Source of the DNA: Ministeria vibrans ATCC 50519
Taxonomy: Eukaryota > Protista > Filasterea
Direction of reading: 5' to 3'
Length of the DNA stretch: 64,000 bases
NCBI GenBank assembly: GCA_943704425.1
Contig: CALSCP010002018.1
Location: 1 to 64,000 of the forward strand
Shown: piece by piece, positions 42,801 to 56,388 of the stretch
Layout of the letters: every line of letters begins with the position of its first letter
How positions within the stretch are numbered: position 1 is the stretch's first letter
The notes under the pieces: model-generated
Database searches by the model: none
What the model saw: only the letters and a program-made list of their open reading frames with translations
Told to the model about the DNA's origin: nothing
Made by a program: the position numbers and the translations under genes

Positions 42801-43301
42801 CCAGGGCAAAAGGGAGGAGAATGCCAGAGAGAAACGGGGCCAGACCATCGGTTCAGTACAAAAAAAAAGCATTTGGACGAGCAACAAAAAAGGAGGTCCA
42901 CAGACGCAGGATGCCTGCTTGGGGTGGCGGGGAAGCATCAAGAGAGCAGGAGGGTTGTGTGGGGGCGGGATAGGGGCGCGACAGGGGACGAGAGAGACAG
43001 AGAGAGACAGAGAGAGAGAGATGAAGTTGTGACTTTGGGACTCCTTTGCATCATTGCCCAAAGCAAAGGAGGAGTCCAAGCACCACTGCAGCAAAGTGGA
43101 GGAGGGAGAGGGCGGAGGGGAGTGAGGCCTGCGGCGACGCCCCCAAGCGAGTGCGTCACTTGCTCTACAGCCCGTCAACTTTGACGTGGCCCTTTTTTTT
43201 TCCTCTTCCATTCTGTCGAAAGCCCTCATACCTGCACTCTGAGTGGTGTCGTCCATCCGAGATACTCTCAAAGGGGGCGGTCGAGCTAATCGAGAGCTCA
43301 T
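27230..43301 (-). CDS. Giant (~4985 aa) HECT E3 ubiquitin ligase: SLMAP-type FHA + coiled coil, LamG-like, CUB-like, SPRY x2, HERC-type HECT; exons 43232-43301, 42208-42687, 41072-42066, 40890-40952, 27888-40787, 27230-27679
   Basis: HECT: FEGEKADDYGGVFRES, FLQFACG..R, LPTSSTC, AIDTD. SPRY: YYEV..IGF..SYAMHADDG..GDTIGCG. CUB-like: ESKHPY..LEFDPRC. FHA: VGRS..NAMFDSKVLSRAHA..DTKSSNGTFVNG. The HECT and FHA parts are each high confidence; their joining is inferred from in-frame splice sites. Confidence 0.75.
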
Positions 43302-44471
43302 TGCCAACAAAATATTTGTAATTAAATTTTCTTATAAAAATATGAACAAGAATTATTTGACATTTTGAGTTACTCTGACCATCAATCATCTGTTCCATTT
43401 GCCATCATCAGTCTTTTTCAGCAACTGGCCTCTTCTCCCCCTCCCCATTTTAGGTCCTGCCCCTGTAGCTTTTGCCCCTCCAACCCCATTGGTACATACA
43501 CATATGCTTGTCGTCTTCGAGAGTCTTCTTGGTGTGTTTCATTTTTTGTTTGACAGCTCGAGTGGAAATGTCTCTTTTGAAGCAAACTCGAGCGGGATCG
43601 TCGCGCAATCCCACAGATCATCTACACACCTACCATAAAAGCACATTGTATGCAATAGTAGCGTGCGCAATGATGTGTGACGAAGCTTTTATTTTTGAAA
43701 AACCTAAAAGTTTGCCGTCGTTTTTTGACACTTCATCACTCGCGCGCCATTTTGCCTCGCTGTTGCCTCCTCTCTTGCACTATGGCCTTTATATATGTGC
43801 ACGTCGGCATCCCCTTGCGTTGTATTGGCTCAAAATCCCCGTCCTGCTCCGTATCCAAGGACAAACTTTCAACTCCTCAAGTGCCCTTCGAAAATGCACA
43901 CAAACAGAGCATCATCGGCCGTATTTGCATTAAATACGCTTATGGTGAACATACTTGTGTATCTTCACACGTAATTGTGTCACAGATGGTGCAAGTGTGG
44001 CGCTCATTTGGTTGTGGCGACGAAATTTTCGTTTTGCGCAAAATTCCGACGTCATCCGCAAACAATATCCAGCTCCATTGATCTCCATGAATCGCGCACT
44101 TGGCTGTATATGGGAGTATACACCCAGTTTCACTGTCTTGTGTCAAAGAATTTTCTTTGGAACAACCAGAGCAGCCGGTTTGGGGGGCATGCAGAGAAGC
44201 GGGATGTTCAGGGCATTTTGTGCTTTTTAGCTTTTTAGCGGGTCGTTTTGATGGTGTTGCTTGCTTGCATGTCACTTAATATTACCTCTTGAACAAGTTT
44301 TCTTGCCACTTTTTCTCGCGCTCGACGCAGATTTGTTAATATTTTCGTTGTTTGTCGCCACTTTTTTTTTACCATTTCGTCACGTTTCGAAAAGAATCCG
44401 CAAGCTCTTATCTTCAAGCATTCTCTACAGTTTCTTATGATACACAGTCGTTGTATTCACTCACTTACTCA

Positions 44472-44507
<36 letters not shown>

Positions 44508-44544
44508 TTGCCGCACAGATCAAACTTATTCATCACCATCAATC

Positions 44545-45974
44545 ATGTCCTTCCCTACGCGCGTTGTCGACATGCTCAGTAAATTTGCCACCGACCAGGT
44601 GGCCCACGCCCCCTTGACACGCAATGTGCTTGGAGACGCGCGCAGTGCGGCAAACGCCGCCAACTCGCTTGTGCACCCGACGGCGGCGCACAAACGTCAG
44701 GCGCTTGGTGACATTGGCAACAAGCAGAAGCGACTCGACACGGGCGCGACTAAACGCCACGTCGTGCGCGGTACTTCTGCTGTGCCCAGAGCTTATACTA
44801 CTTCGACGACGTCCGTGGCGACGCGTGCAGCTGCTCGCAAGCCAACCACGCGCACCGCGCCAAAATCGTCGACGAGTGCTGCAGCCTCAGCCGCACTTGC
44901 AAGTGCGCTTGCAGACGCGACTGTGCCCGATGTGCACATGGACACAAGCGAAGACACAGTGGCGGAGACTGCCACAGGATTCAGTTCGGAGATGCTTCGG
45001 GCGGCGGGCATTGAGGATATTGACTCGGCCGACTCGGAGAACCCCCAACTTGTGTCGGAGTACGTCAGCGAGATCTACGAGCACCTGTGGGCGCAAGAGA
45101 TCACCTACAAGATCAATCCAACCTTTCTCAGCAAGCAGAAGCACATCACGAGCAAGATGCGCTCCGTGCTGCTTGACTGGATCGTCGACGTCCACTACAA
45201 GTTCAAACTGTGCCCGGAAACACTCTACCTCACAGTCAACCTTATCGATCGCTCTCTCGAGGTAAAAATAGAAGAAGAAAAAAGTCAGTAGAAGAGGTGC
45301 TGACAGAAAAAAAAAACGCAGGTGATTGCAGTAGCGACAAAAAACTTGCAGCTGCTGGGAGTGGCGTGCATGCTGCTGGCGAGCAAGTATGAGGAGATCT
45401 ACACGCCCGAGCTGCGCGACTTTATCTACATTTCGGACAATGCGTACAGCAAAGACGACATTCTGGAGATGGAGACGCTTGTACTGAGCAAGTTGCAGTT
45501 CAACCTTGGCGCACCGCAGCCGCTACACTTCCTGCGACGCGATAGCAAGGCAGCGGGTGTCGACGCAAAGACGCACACCATGGCCAAGTACCTCATGGAA
45601 CTATCGCTGCTCTCCTACGACATGTGCCAGTTTAAGGCCAGTGAGATTGCCGCTGCGTCGCTGTGGACCGCCATGAAAATGCTGCAGAGCGGCACGTGGA
45701 CTCCCACAGTTGAGCACTACAGCCGCTACAGCGAGCACGCCATTGGCCCGTGCGTCTCTGCCCTTGCCGTCCTCGTTGACCGCGCTCCTAAAGCCTACGC
45801 CGACGATAAACCCGCTCGTGTAAGTCGTTTTTTGTCGTATTCTCTTTTTCTTCATCTGACAATTTTGCCTTGCTTTTTTTTTAGTCCGTGTTTGCAAAGT
45901 ACAAGAACCCAAAGTTGTTCAAAGTGTCGCGCATTGCGGAAGAGTATGCCCGGTCAAACCGACTCGCACACTAA
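44545..45974 (+). CDS. CCNB: Mitotic B-type cyclin; exons 44545-45261, 45322-45819, 45886-45974
   Basis: D-box RQALGDIGN; cyclin box MRSVLLDW..ETLYLTVNLIDR; LASKYEE; PLHFLRR.SKA; MAKYLMEL. Confidence 0.93.
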
Positions 45975-46083
45975 AACGGTCAAAAAGAACAACAGAAAAA
46001 CTCGATGGTGTGTTCCGTTTTAATTATGTAACAGGCGAATAAACATGATTTCATGTGCAAAAGAAGCAAAAAGAATAAGTTTA

Positions 46084-49000
46084 TTACATTCGACGTTGAG
46101 AAAATTCGGGAGCCGATGCACCAGCGCCAAAAGCAGAAGAAGAAGAAGACCCAAAGGATGACTGGGAAGCAGTGCCAAAGGCACCAAAGCCACTTTGCTG
46201 CTGCTGCTGCGGCTGCTGCGGCTGTCCAAAAGCAGTAGAAGACCCAAACCCACCGCCACCGCCAAAAGCACTGGAGGGCCCTGCGCCAAATCCTCCGCTG
46301 CTTTGATTCGCCGCCACCGCGCCAAATCCTCCACTGCCTTGACTCGCTGCCACCGCGCCAAACCCGCCTGTACTGCGAGACGACGATGAGGCGCCAAAGG
46401 GCGTGGCTGTCTGCGCCTGACTCGCTAGCGCGCCAAACCCACCACCACCACCACCACTGGTTGCCGATGCAGCTCCCTTGCCAAAGACACCCGAGGTGCT
46501 CCCCCCTGTACCCGCTACACTGCCAAATGTCTTTGGAGGCGACGCAGCACCACCACCAAAGGCAGGCGCAGAGCCAAATGCAGGAGCAGAGCCAAACGCT
46601 GGAGCAGAGCCAAATGCAGAAGCAGAGCCAAGCGTAGGCGACGCGCCGAATGCAGGAGAGGAGCCAAAAGCAGGGGAGGAGCCAAAGGCCGGGGAGGCTC
46701 CAAACGCAGAGGGCGACTTGGTGAAGCCGGTAGAGACAGCGGCGGGAGCGGCGGGACTAGCTCCAAAAGCCGGTTGAGAGGCCCCAAAGGCAGGTTTCGC
46801 GGCGGCGGTGGATGCTGCTGCTGTGGTTGTTGATGTCGCTGCTGTGGAGGTACCAAATGCAAGCTTGGACCCAAACTGTGGGGCTGAGCTGCCAAAGCCA
46901 CCTGGTGCGGTCGATTTCGCTGTGGTTGATGCTGAGGACGCAGACAGGGTCGCACTGCCAAAGACGGGCTGGGTTGCGGTCTTGCCGGTGGCCCAGGAAG
47001 GCGCACCTGAGGCCGACAGAGACGAAAAGGACTTGGTCGGAGCAGAGGCAGTCGTACTGCTGCCACTTGTTGCTGTGGTAGCGGTGGTGGTAGCAGGAAA
47101 GAGAGACGATGGAGCCGCAGTCGACGATGGAGCCGCAGTCGACGCTGCAGTAGTCGGTGAACACACCTTGAGGTCGCCAAAGAGATCGCCGGCGTCGACG
47201 TCATCGCCGTTGGCATTCTCGTCGGTAGCATCAGCGGTATTGTTTTCGTCGAGAACAGCAGCGTCGCCATCGTCGTTGTCGTTGTCGTCAACGACGTCGT
47301 CAATGACGGGGGTTGAAGGGGTAGTGCTTTGATTGTTGTTGTCGTCGTCGTCGTCTTCATCGTCAAAGGTGAGTTTGCGCGGAAGCCCTTCAATGTCGTG
47401 GACTTCATCGTCGTCATCATCATCATCGTCGTTGCCATCGCCCACAGTTACACTTGCAGCAGTACCATCGTCGTGAATGGCAACGGTCTTTTTGTCTTCC
47501 TCTGATGATGTAGCCGGCGGTGCCACAGACGCCATCGACGTTGACGTGGACGGTTTCAGAAGCGACGTTGTTGCAGTGGCATCAGACCCACTCGTTGCGT
47601 TTGTGGACGGTGCTGCTGCTGTGGTGGTGGTGGTGGTGGTTGGCTTGAATAAAAAGGTAGGTGCAGCCGAGGTGGTTGAGACTGAGCTTGTTGGAGCTGC
47701 GGCCGTGGTGGTCGATGGTGGTTTCAGAACAAAGGCAGGTTTTGCCGCTGAGGACGAGGGCGCTGCTGAGGCCGTCGATGGCTTAAGGGTGAACGCTGGT
47801 GCCGCTGCAGGCAAAGTTGCTGATGCAGATGTTGCCGTAGTTGCCGTAGTTGGTGTGGCTGTTGTCGTGGGCTTGAGGGAGAACACTGGTGTCGACGTGG
47901 TTTGTGCGGTCGTTGAGGTTGGAACGGTGGTAGAGGGCGTCGTTAATGTGGATGAGGCGAGTTTGAGACCAAAAGGAGCTGTCGAGGAGGAGGCTGCAGC
48001 GGACGCGGGGACTGTTGATCCCGTTGAGGAGGTAGTGGAAGTAGCAGCGTCAGTCAGAGGCTTGAGCGCAAAGGGAGCGGGCGCAGTCGCATGACTAAGA
48101 GGTTTAAAAGAAAGGGTAGTGGAAGTTGCTGCTGTCCCTGCTGCCGATGATACTGCAACAGTAGGGAATGAGGGAGGGGCAGATGCGGAGGAGGATGAGG
48201 AGGGTGCGGGTGAGGCGGGAGGGATGCCGCCCTTGAGCGACGCAAATCCAGAAGTAGACGATGAGGTGGTGGTCACGGGCGCACTCGACTGGGACAGTTG
48301 CTTGGAGGGCATGAGAAAGGGGCGCGTCTTGGCCGTGTCCAGTGACAGCAACGGTGGACCCCCACCACCACCACTATGATTATTTGTAATAGTACTACTA
48401 CTACCTGATGTAGCAGCTGTGGTGGTTGTCGTGGAGAAAGTGTCTGGTGCAGCAGCGATAGGTGCAGCGGTGGGAGTGTGCGAGATTGGTGAGGATGGAG
48501 GTGAGAATTCGCGTTTGAGTCGAGGCGAAGCACTAGAGAAGAAGGCAGTGGATTGCTCGGCTTTGGTGACAAGTGGAGTCGAAGTGACTTTCGACGGTGG
48601 AGGCGGCTTGGGACGCAAACGGGGTGATGCGTGGCGCAGTGTACGATGTTGGTCCATGAGATCGCGCAGGAGATCGACACGAGCAGGTGACACGATTGAA
48701 ACGTTGTTGGGGACGGAGGCGCTGTCGCGATTGGCCGAGGGCAGAGTTGGAGTAGCGGCACGCGACGAGAGCGATGACTGGGCTGCAAAGGCGAGAGCCG
48801 GTGTCGAGGAGTCGGTGAGACCACGGGCGGACATCTCACGCACGAGCGTCTTGACACGCTGAGCCATTTTCCCAGCAATAATTTGGTTAGAATGCAGTGT
48901 TGCAAAGATTGTCTGTGCAGTTGGGCGATTGCGCTGTTGCGTCTGGTGAAAGCCCTGGCGATGCTGTTGCAACGCCGTCTCGTAGCGGTCGTCGAGCTCC

Positions 49001-51640
49001 TGAAGGATGTCGTCCTGCAGTGTGCGCACGGCGTTGATACGCGCGCGGATGGAGTCACGAAGACGCACTGATTCTGGGTCAAGACTGCGCTTTTGGAGCA
49101 TCAAGCGGAAGACTGGGTCGTTGCGTTGCTGCGCGAGAAGACGCGCTTCTTCGCTGCCCGACAGACCCTTGAAGAGCTCTTCGGTAAGCGAGTCCATGTC
49201 TTCGCGCAGCGACTGTACATTCTCCTGAAGACTGCGGCATTCCGTAGCGAGCTCAGCTGTTTCGCGTGCTGTCGCGCGCGCCTTGGCGTTTAGTTCAGCA
49301 ACCGTCTCGCCACTCTTCGAGCGAGCTGTGCCGTCGCTGCCGACAAGCTGTCGCAGTTGATCGAGCTCGCTCGAGAACTCTCTGACCTCCTTTTCAATCT
49401 GGGCCAGTGCTTTCGCCTTGACAGTTGAGGCAGAAGAAGAAGAGGAGGAGGAAGAAACAGCGGTGGTGGGAGCAGGTGCTTTTGTGGTGGGCATTGCTGT
49501 GGTGGGTGTTGCAGTTAGTGGAGCAGCAGGTTTGGCGGGGAGTGCAGCAGCGCTTGGGGTTGGAGCTGCTGCAGAAGATTGGGGGGTGAAAGGAGCACCA
49601 GTGGCGACGGTGCTGATTGGTGTTGTGGTGCTGGGTGCAGGGGTCACTTTGGGAGCGGTAGGCATTGACTTGAGTGTCAGAGGAGCGGACGCTGTGTTTG
49701 CGGTGGTGGGCGCTGCTGCGGGTTTGAACATAAAAGGAGAAGAAGTTGTGGCTGCCACCGGTGCGGCTGCTGCCTTCGTTGCGACCGGCGCTGCTGCTCC
49801 TGCTGCTCCTGCTGCTGCTATTGGTGTTGTTGTTGTTGTCGTTAATGATGATGCCGTGGTTGGTTTGAAAGAGAAGGAAGGCGCGGAAGGAGTTGCAGTC
49901 GTCGTTGCAGTGGCGGCGGGCGTTGCTGATAACTTGAACGCAACGGGAGGCGTCGCAGTTGCCGTCGTCGCTGTTGTCGTCGGAGTCGACGTGGTAGGCT
50001 TGAACGTAAAAGGAGCGGGTGTGGAGGGAGTTGTTGGAGTGACAGTGCCGGTAGTCGGTTTGAGTGAGAGGGAAGGCGAAGCAAGAGGTGCAGCTGCGGT
50101 TGCTGCCGTCGCTGGCTTGATTGCGGATTTTTCAGGGGGCGTGGGAAGGGGCTCAACGGCCGCAAGCATGTTAGGGTACTTGCGAGCGGCGTTGACACAC
50201 GTGTCAACCATGGAAAAGACGGAAAGAGTGTCGTTGGAGGTGAGCATGATGAGACGGGGCGAAGGAGGACCGGTCGCCATGACAGACGGGTCGGCGGGCG
50301 ACGGGAACGAGATGGGTTCGGAGGCAGTGTAGTCGATGGCAAGACCCACTGTGGTCGACATGCGACTGTCTGTTTCGTCGGGAGACACGTACATGACAGC
50401 GGTCGCCTGGCCCGTCTCGGGCAACTCCCATCTCTCCCAGAGAAGTCCGTCGGTGCTCTTGCCCAGCACAACCACATCTTGCGAGTCGTTGTGCGCGAGC
50501 ACGACCACGGGCCAGTCGCGTGCACACACGGCGTGCACATAGTCGGCCTGCGTCGAGCCAAAGTCTTTGTAGAGAACATCCTCGAAATGGAAGTACTCTT
50601 GCTTGTCGTTGACCTTGTGCAAGACGCAAATTTTAGGATTGGGCAAGTCGTCGTCGTTGTCGTCGTCGTCGTTGCCGTCACTCTTGTCGGTGGGGCGTGC
50701 TTTTTGGCCATCTGATAACACCGGCGTGGTGTAGGCGACGGCAAACGAGTAGTTGCTGATCCACTGGATGGCGAGGACGAGGGGTGGAGGCCCTTCAAAC
50801 TCGGGTGCGGAGTAGCGCGTTTGAAGGACAAATCCGTCGCGAAACGTTGTGAGCGATCCATCGCGACAGCCACACACATACTGCGATCCTTTGGGACTCC
50901 AGTCGACGGCAAGAACGGGTGCAAGCGTCGCTGGGGAGCGCATCAAGTGAGTGCACCCGCTGCCAGTGACACTCTCCCAAGTGTCGGCAACCCCATCGGC
51001 CGATGCCGTCACAATGTAGCCCGACTTGGCCACGTGGGGGTTCCACTGGAAGGCAATGAAGGTTGACGCACGCGGATGGGCCAGACGAAAGCGCGGCTCG
51101 ACTGTGGCGCCGTCGGCAACGCGTGCCAAATCGCGCAAATCCACAAAGAGAATCTCACCGCCCGCCACCACTGCAATGGTGGTCTGATCGGTCGACAGAT
51201 GGATCATCGTGGGCGTTTCGGTGGTCTTGGGCAGCCCGGCGTGGACGAGCGACGCAGGCAAAGTGTACGTCTGGTTTCAAAAAAAAAAAAAAAAAAGATA
51301 AACGANNNNNNNNNNCAGTCGTCGAGGCGTAAGTATGCGCCGGGCAAAGATTAACAAACAAACGAAAAAACTTACACGAGCACAAATTGAAAGAAAAGCC
51401 TCTGGATTAATCTCACGGACCTGGAGCAACTGATCGCGTCTCTCGGACGGCATAGACTGCAATGGTAAGGGGGGAGATCAGGGTGAGTGAGGGTGGAGAG
51501 AGACGAGAGACGGCTCAGCGAAGAGACGCGAACATTACGGCTATGATTGAGCGTGCGGCGTGGTCGAAGTCGACGCCACCCGCCTCAAGCATCGCAATGA
51601 TGTCCTGCGTCGAAGGACCTCCGTCCTCCTCGTCAGACAT
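46084..51640 (-). CDS. NUP214: Nucleoporin Nup214/Nup159-like (beta-propeller, coiled coil, FG repeats); 5' exon boundaries approximate because of a gap
   Basis: WSPKGSQYVCG propeller; central helical region (RSLDPES..R..IR); C-terminal PAFG/GGFG/SFG repeats ending FSQRR. Confidence 0.85.
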
Positions 51641-51835
51641 GATAAACGAAACAAATTTTGATCTTCAAATTGAAAGTTGAAACTTCCGACTTTTGACTCC
51701 TAATAAATTCTACACTACTCTCTCTCTTTACTTTCGACTGTCGATTAAAAAAAACTTAATGTACAGTAATAGTGTAATATCTCTCGCATGGTATTCTCCC
51801 GGATTCTCGTCCGAGGGGGCGTTCAATTTAGGGAG

Positions 51836-54528
51836 CTAGCTGCGAAGTACGGAGACCTAGGGAAAACGGAACGAGGGAGTCATGACAACGGCAAACGAAG
51901 ACTTGAGTTCATACCACTCCGGAGGCAGTCGCCACGGAAATGACGGGCGCAAGCAGCGCACTTTGCACATCGTAGACGCCGCTTCCAACATCGACAGCAC
52001 GCACCAGCTGCGACGCACGCCACACACATACATGGTGGTCAAAGGAGCCGGAGAAGAGGAGAGCACCGTCGAGAGACCATGCGAGCGAATAGACAGCCTC
52101 GGTGTGGTGTGACAGCGTGCGCAGACAAGCACCTGAACTCCCGTCCCACACTTTCACAGTCGAGTCAGCGCTTCCACTGGAGAGACAGCAAAACAAGGGA
52201 GAGGGGAAAAAAAAAAGATTAATAATTAGAAGGAAGGGAGAAAGACACAGTTGGGTGGTACGTTGCGACAAGAGGAGGAGACTGAGGGGACGCCGGACAC
52301 CATTTGATGGTATGAATTTCGCCCGTGTGTTCCGCCAAGTCATGGCAGTACTGGTTCTCTTCCATGGTCCAGATCTGCACATGGTCGCACAAAGGTCAGT
52401 GAGTGAGTGAGATAGAAGAAGACGAGAAAGGAGAAGGGAGAAAGTAGTAAGTGAAGAGCAAGAGACGGAGAAGGGGAGAAGGAAAAGAAATAATTATAAT
52501 TATACCTTTGCCGTAGTGTCGTCACTGCACGACGCAAGCAGTCTGTGCTCAGCATTCCACACCACTGCGTTCACATCATTCTACACATGGACACATACAT
52601 AAATATTGACATGGTCACAGAGAAGGAAGCGACGTGCTTAGATGTACCATATGACCACGAAAGGTCTTCAAGGGATCTGACGCACCAAAACGTGACACAA
52701 CAATCTTCTGGTCAGACGAGCATGAGGCAAAGTCGGTCTCCGAGAGCCACTCGACATCAAGCACAGGCTGGGCATGGTGCGCATGGGTCTGCTCAGGGGC
52801 GCCTGTGCTTGCATTCCACACGATGGTGCTCTTGTCTGCACTCGCACTCACAAGCTACAAAGTGACAGTGTCACACACACACATATATATATATAATATT
52901 ATAATATATATAATATTATATTATATTATAGATGATATTATTATAATATTATGTACACTTACATACACACACTATTATCTATTAAATATTACCTTTGTGG
53001 ATGATGCATTCCATTTAATGGCAAACATGGGACCCGAATGACCCCTCAGCACATTCACCAGTGTTCCGTCGCGACTCCAAATGCGCCCAATCCCCTCATA
53101 CGACGCTGTGGCAAGCAGAGTCCCATCGCCCTACACAACACACGTTATCAACTCACACACACAAACACACATACACCCATTTCCTACATTCCATTGTAAT
53201 GATGTGACGTCCGAGCCCTTTTCACCGTTGCCTGGTCCGTGGTCAAGCACCGACTTGGCCTCGACCACCGTTCCCTCTGCAGCACTCGGATCCATTTCAA
53301 AGAGACGCACCGTCGAGTCGCCTGACGCAGAGGCAAGCACACCCACACTCGTTGGGTTCCACGCACACCCAAACACCTCTGCACTGTGTCCTACAAGCGA
53401 CACCCCTTGAGGCACTGTAGCAGCAGAACCGGCATCCACCACCGCCGTCGCGCTGGTCGCTAAAGTGGTTCCGCTTAGAGAGTCCGACTCGCGGCCGTTT
53501 GCCAATAGTTGCGATGCCTGTGATGGTGCTTGCGATGTGTCTGACGTCCGTTTCTCTTGTGATGTGTGTTGGTGCTGTTGTTGTTGTTGTTGCTGCTGCT
53601 GTCGCTGGGCGTCGTCAATCGCCGCAATGTCAATCGCCGCCTTGCGAGCTTGTCTTCTTTCGTCGCGCTCTCGCTTGCTCATGGTGCTCTTTCGTTTCCC
53701 AGTCTGAAGCGTACACCACACACAGCGAAACATCGTGTTAGACTCGTGTACACTCGACGGGGAGGGGGGGCGTACCTTGCAGACGTGTGGTGTTACAAGA
53801 GAAAACGGCTCGTGACAGTGCACCTCAGTGCCATCCTGTCAAACGAGAAAAAAAAAAATCTCAGAGCATATTACACACGTAAACACTCGTACCTCTAATA
53901 CGTGAGTCTCCGCCTCCTGGTAGAGGAGTCCACGTTGTAAATAAGTCACAAGAACTCCTGTAGAGTGCGATACGACGAATGAAAAAAATTCGCATACATT
54001 TGTCACAAGATGAGAGCGAATCAATCGACAGAGCGCATCAGGTTTCGGTGCATACGTCATATAAGTGGGCAAATGGGACGCAAGGAAGTCGATTGGGGGA
54101 TTCAGCTTGAGTGTGTGGGCGCAACACGACAAAACGGTGATGTGATGTGTTCAACGGTTTTCGCAAAGAGCCAAAGAGAGTGCATCCAACAATGCACGCT
54201 CAGTCAGCAACCATGCAACGGCCGTGGGAGCCACGTGCAAGCAAGCGAACGGCGTGTGGCGCGATGGAGGAGCGAGAAGGGACAAAAAAACGAGCAATGT
54301 GTCAGTTGGCGTTCATACCGGCGGGGACTTCGCCTCCATCGATGGGACTCTTTCCTACGTGACTCTCCGTCGAGAATGCAAATGCAGAGTGGGTAAAACC
54401 TAAAGGAAGAAAACGCGCCAAAAAACAGAAAAAGTTGGAGTCTCAATGATACTTTTTCATCGTCCCATACCCGACTCAAGCAAGTAGCGATACACGAGAT
54501 AGTTGACCTCGTCGCTTTCGAGGGACAT
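51836..54528 (-). CDS. TBL1: TBL1/TBL1XR1-like LisH + WD40 co-repressor subunit, multi-exon
   Basis: [67 protein letters not shown]. Confidence 0.9.
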
Positions 54529-54677
54529 GACGATCGGTTTGGTAATATTTTGATTTTATTTTTATTTTTGATTACATTCTAATAAATCAATTTTTTTATT
54601 ATTTGGTTTTTGGGATTTTTGTCTCTGTTGGTGAAAGTATTACACACTCATTGGTAGATGTCGCTTGTATTGTCGTA

Positions 54678-55549
54678 CTACATATAATATGTATACATTC
54701 CGGTCTCTTTGGCCTCTCCAGCGGCAAAGCGCTCTGCCCACTTGTGCATCTCGGCGATGGACGCTGTGTCCTTGGCACACGACGCACTCACCTCCTTCAT
54801 GGCCGAGATAAAGTCCTTCTGCTGCAGCGGACGCAACGGTACATCGTCGCTCGCATTCTCTTCTTCATCATCGCTGATCAGCAGAGCATTCTTCTCACTC
54901 GCGCGGTGGTAGCCACCCTTGGTTGTGGCAGTACTCTCCTTGGGCGTCTCCACCACCCCACCCGCTGCTTCCTCACCACTACCACCACCCTCCTTCGCCT
55001 CTTCCCGTTCTGCCTTCTCCTGCGCCAGCTTATCCTTAGCGGCCTTCTCTTCGGCAGCAAGCAGTTCACGAATCGGCTGGTAGGCAGCGGCAACACACAC
55101 ATTCTTTATGTCACTGCCACTGTAGCCATCCAGCAGCCGCGCCAGCTCAGCCAAGTCCACCGAGGCCTCATCCACACACTCATGCCGCAACACCACCCGC
55201 AAAATCTGCTCTCGCTGCTCCACATCAGGCAGGTCAATCAACACTCGGCGCGGCATGCGACGCAACGCAGCCTCGTCCAGGTCAAACGGGCGATTAGTCG
55301 CTCCCAAAATCACCACTCGCTCACTGTTCTTTGTCGTCATTCCATCCCACATGGTCATAAACTCATTCTTAATCTTCCGCATGCCTTCGTTCTCATTCGT
55401 CGAGTCCCGTCGTCCCAAAAGACTCTCAATCTCATCTAAACAAAATACCAAATATCGGAGTGAGGAGGAAGAAAGATACAAAGTCATAGAGAGAGGAGAA
55501 AGAAAGAAAGTAATACAGAGAGGAGAAAGAAACGAGTGATGAAGAGTCG

Positions 55550-55591
<42 letters not shown>

Positions 55592-55702
55592 AATAATAAG
55601 AAAAAAAATTATGATAATAATAATAATAATAATAATAACAAAAAAAATAATAATAATAACAATAATAATAATAATAATAATAACAATAATAATAATAATA
55701 AT

Positions 55703-55738
<36 letters not shown>

Positions 55739-56351
55739 AATTTAAATTACCAATGAACACGACGCAAGGAGATATTTTGCTGGCGAGTGTGAACACGGCT
55801 TTAGCGGCCTTCTCGCCTTCACCCATCCACTTGCTGGTGACGGCACTCATCGAAATGTCTACAAACAGAACAATGTCATAATTGAGCACATACAAAAAAG
55901 GAAAAAAACAGCATACTGAGAAAGTTTGCGCCACTTTGAGAGGCCATAGCCTTGGCAAGCATAGTCTTGCCGGTGCCCGGAGGACCAAAGAGAAGAATGC
56001 CCTTGCAAGGCTTGGTAAGGTTGCCGCGACGGAAAAGCTCGGGACGCAGCAGCGGCAGGATGACGAGCTCGTGAAGAAGCGTCTTGACCTTCTGTAGTGA
56101 TCCAATGTCGTCGAAGGAGACGCCAACGTCGTCACGCATGATCACATTGGAGAGCAGTGCCTTTTCGTAGGTGTTGTCGCACTCAATGTCCAACGGGCAC
56201 TTGATGCGCGTGTCGTTTGCCTTGCTCTTCGCCTTCTTGGTGTCCGACGCACTCAGGCGCATCGGCGCACTCACCGCCTTGAACGTCGCCAGGGCACGCT
56301 GTACATATACAAACGGAAGCACACCCATTCCGGAAACAGATGTCACAGGAT

Positions 56352-56388
<37 letters not shown>

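Noticed and set aside
53961-54318. Long TBL1 intron as snoRNA host or extra exon
   Set aside because: No convincing box C/D or H/ACA arrangement was seen, and the protein is complete without it.
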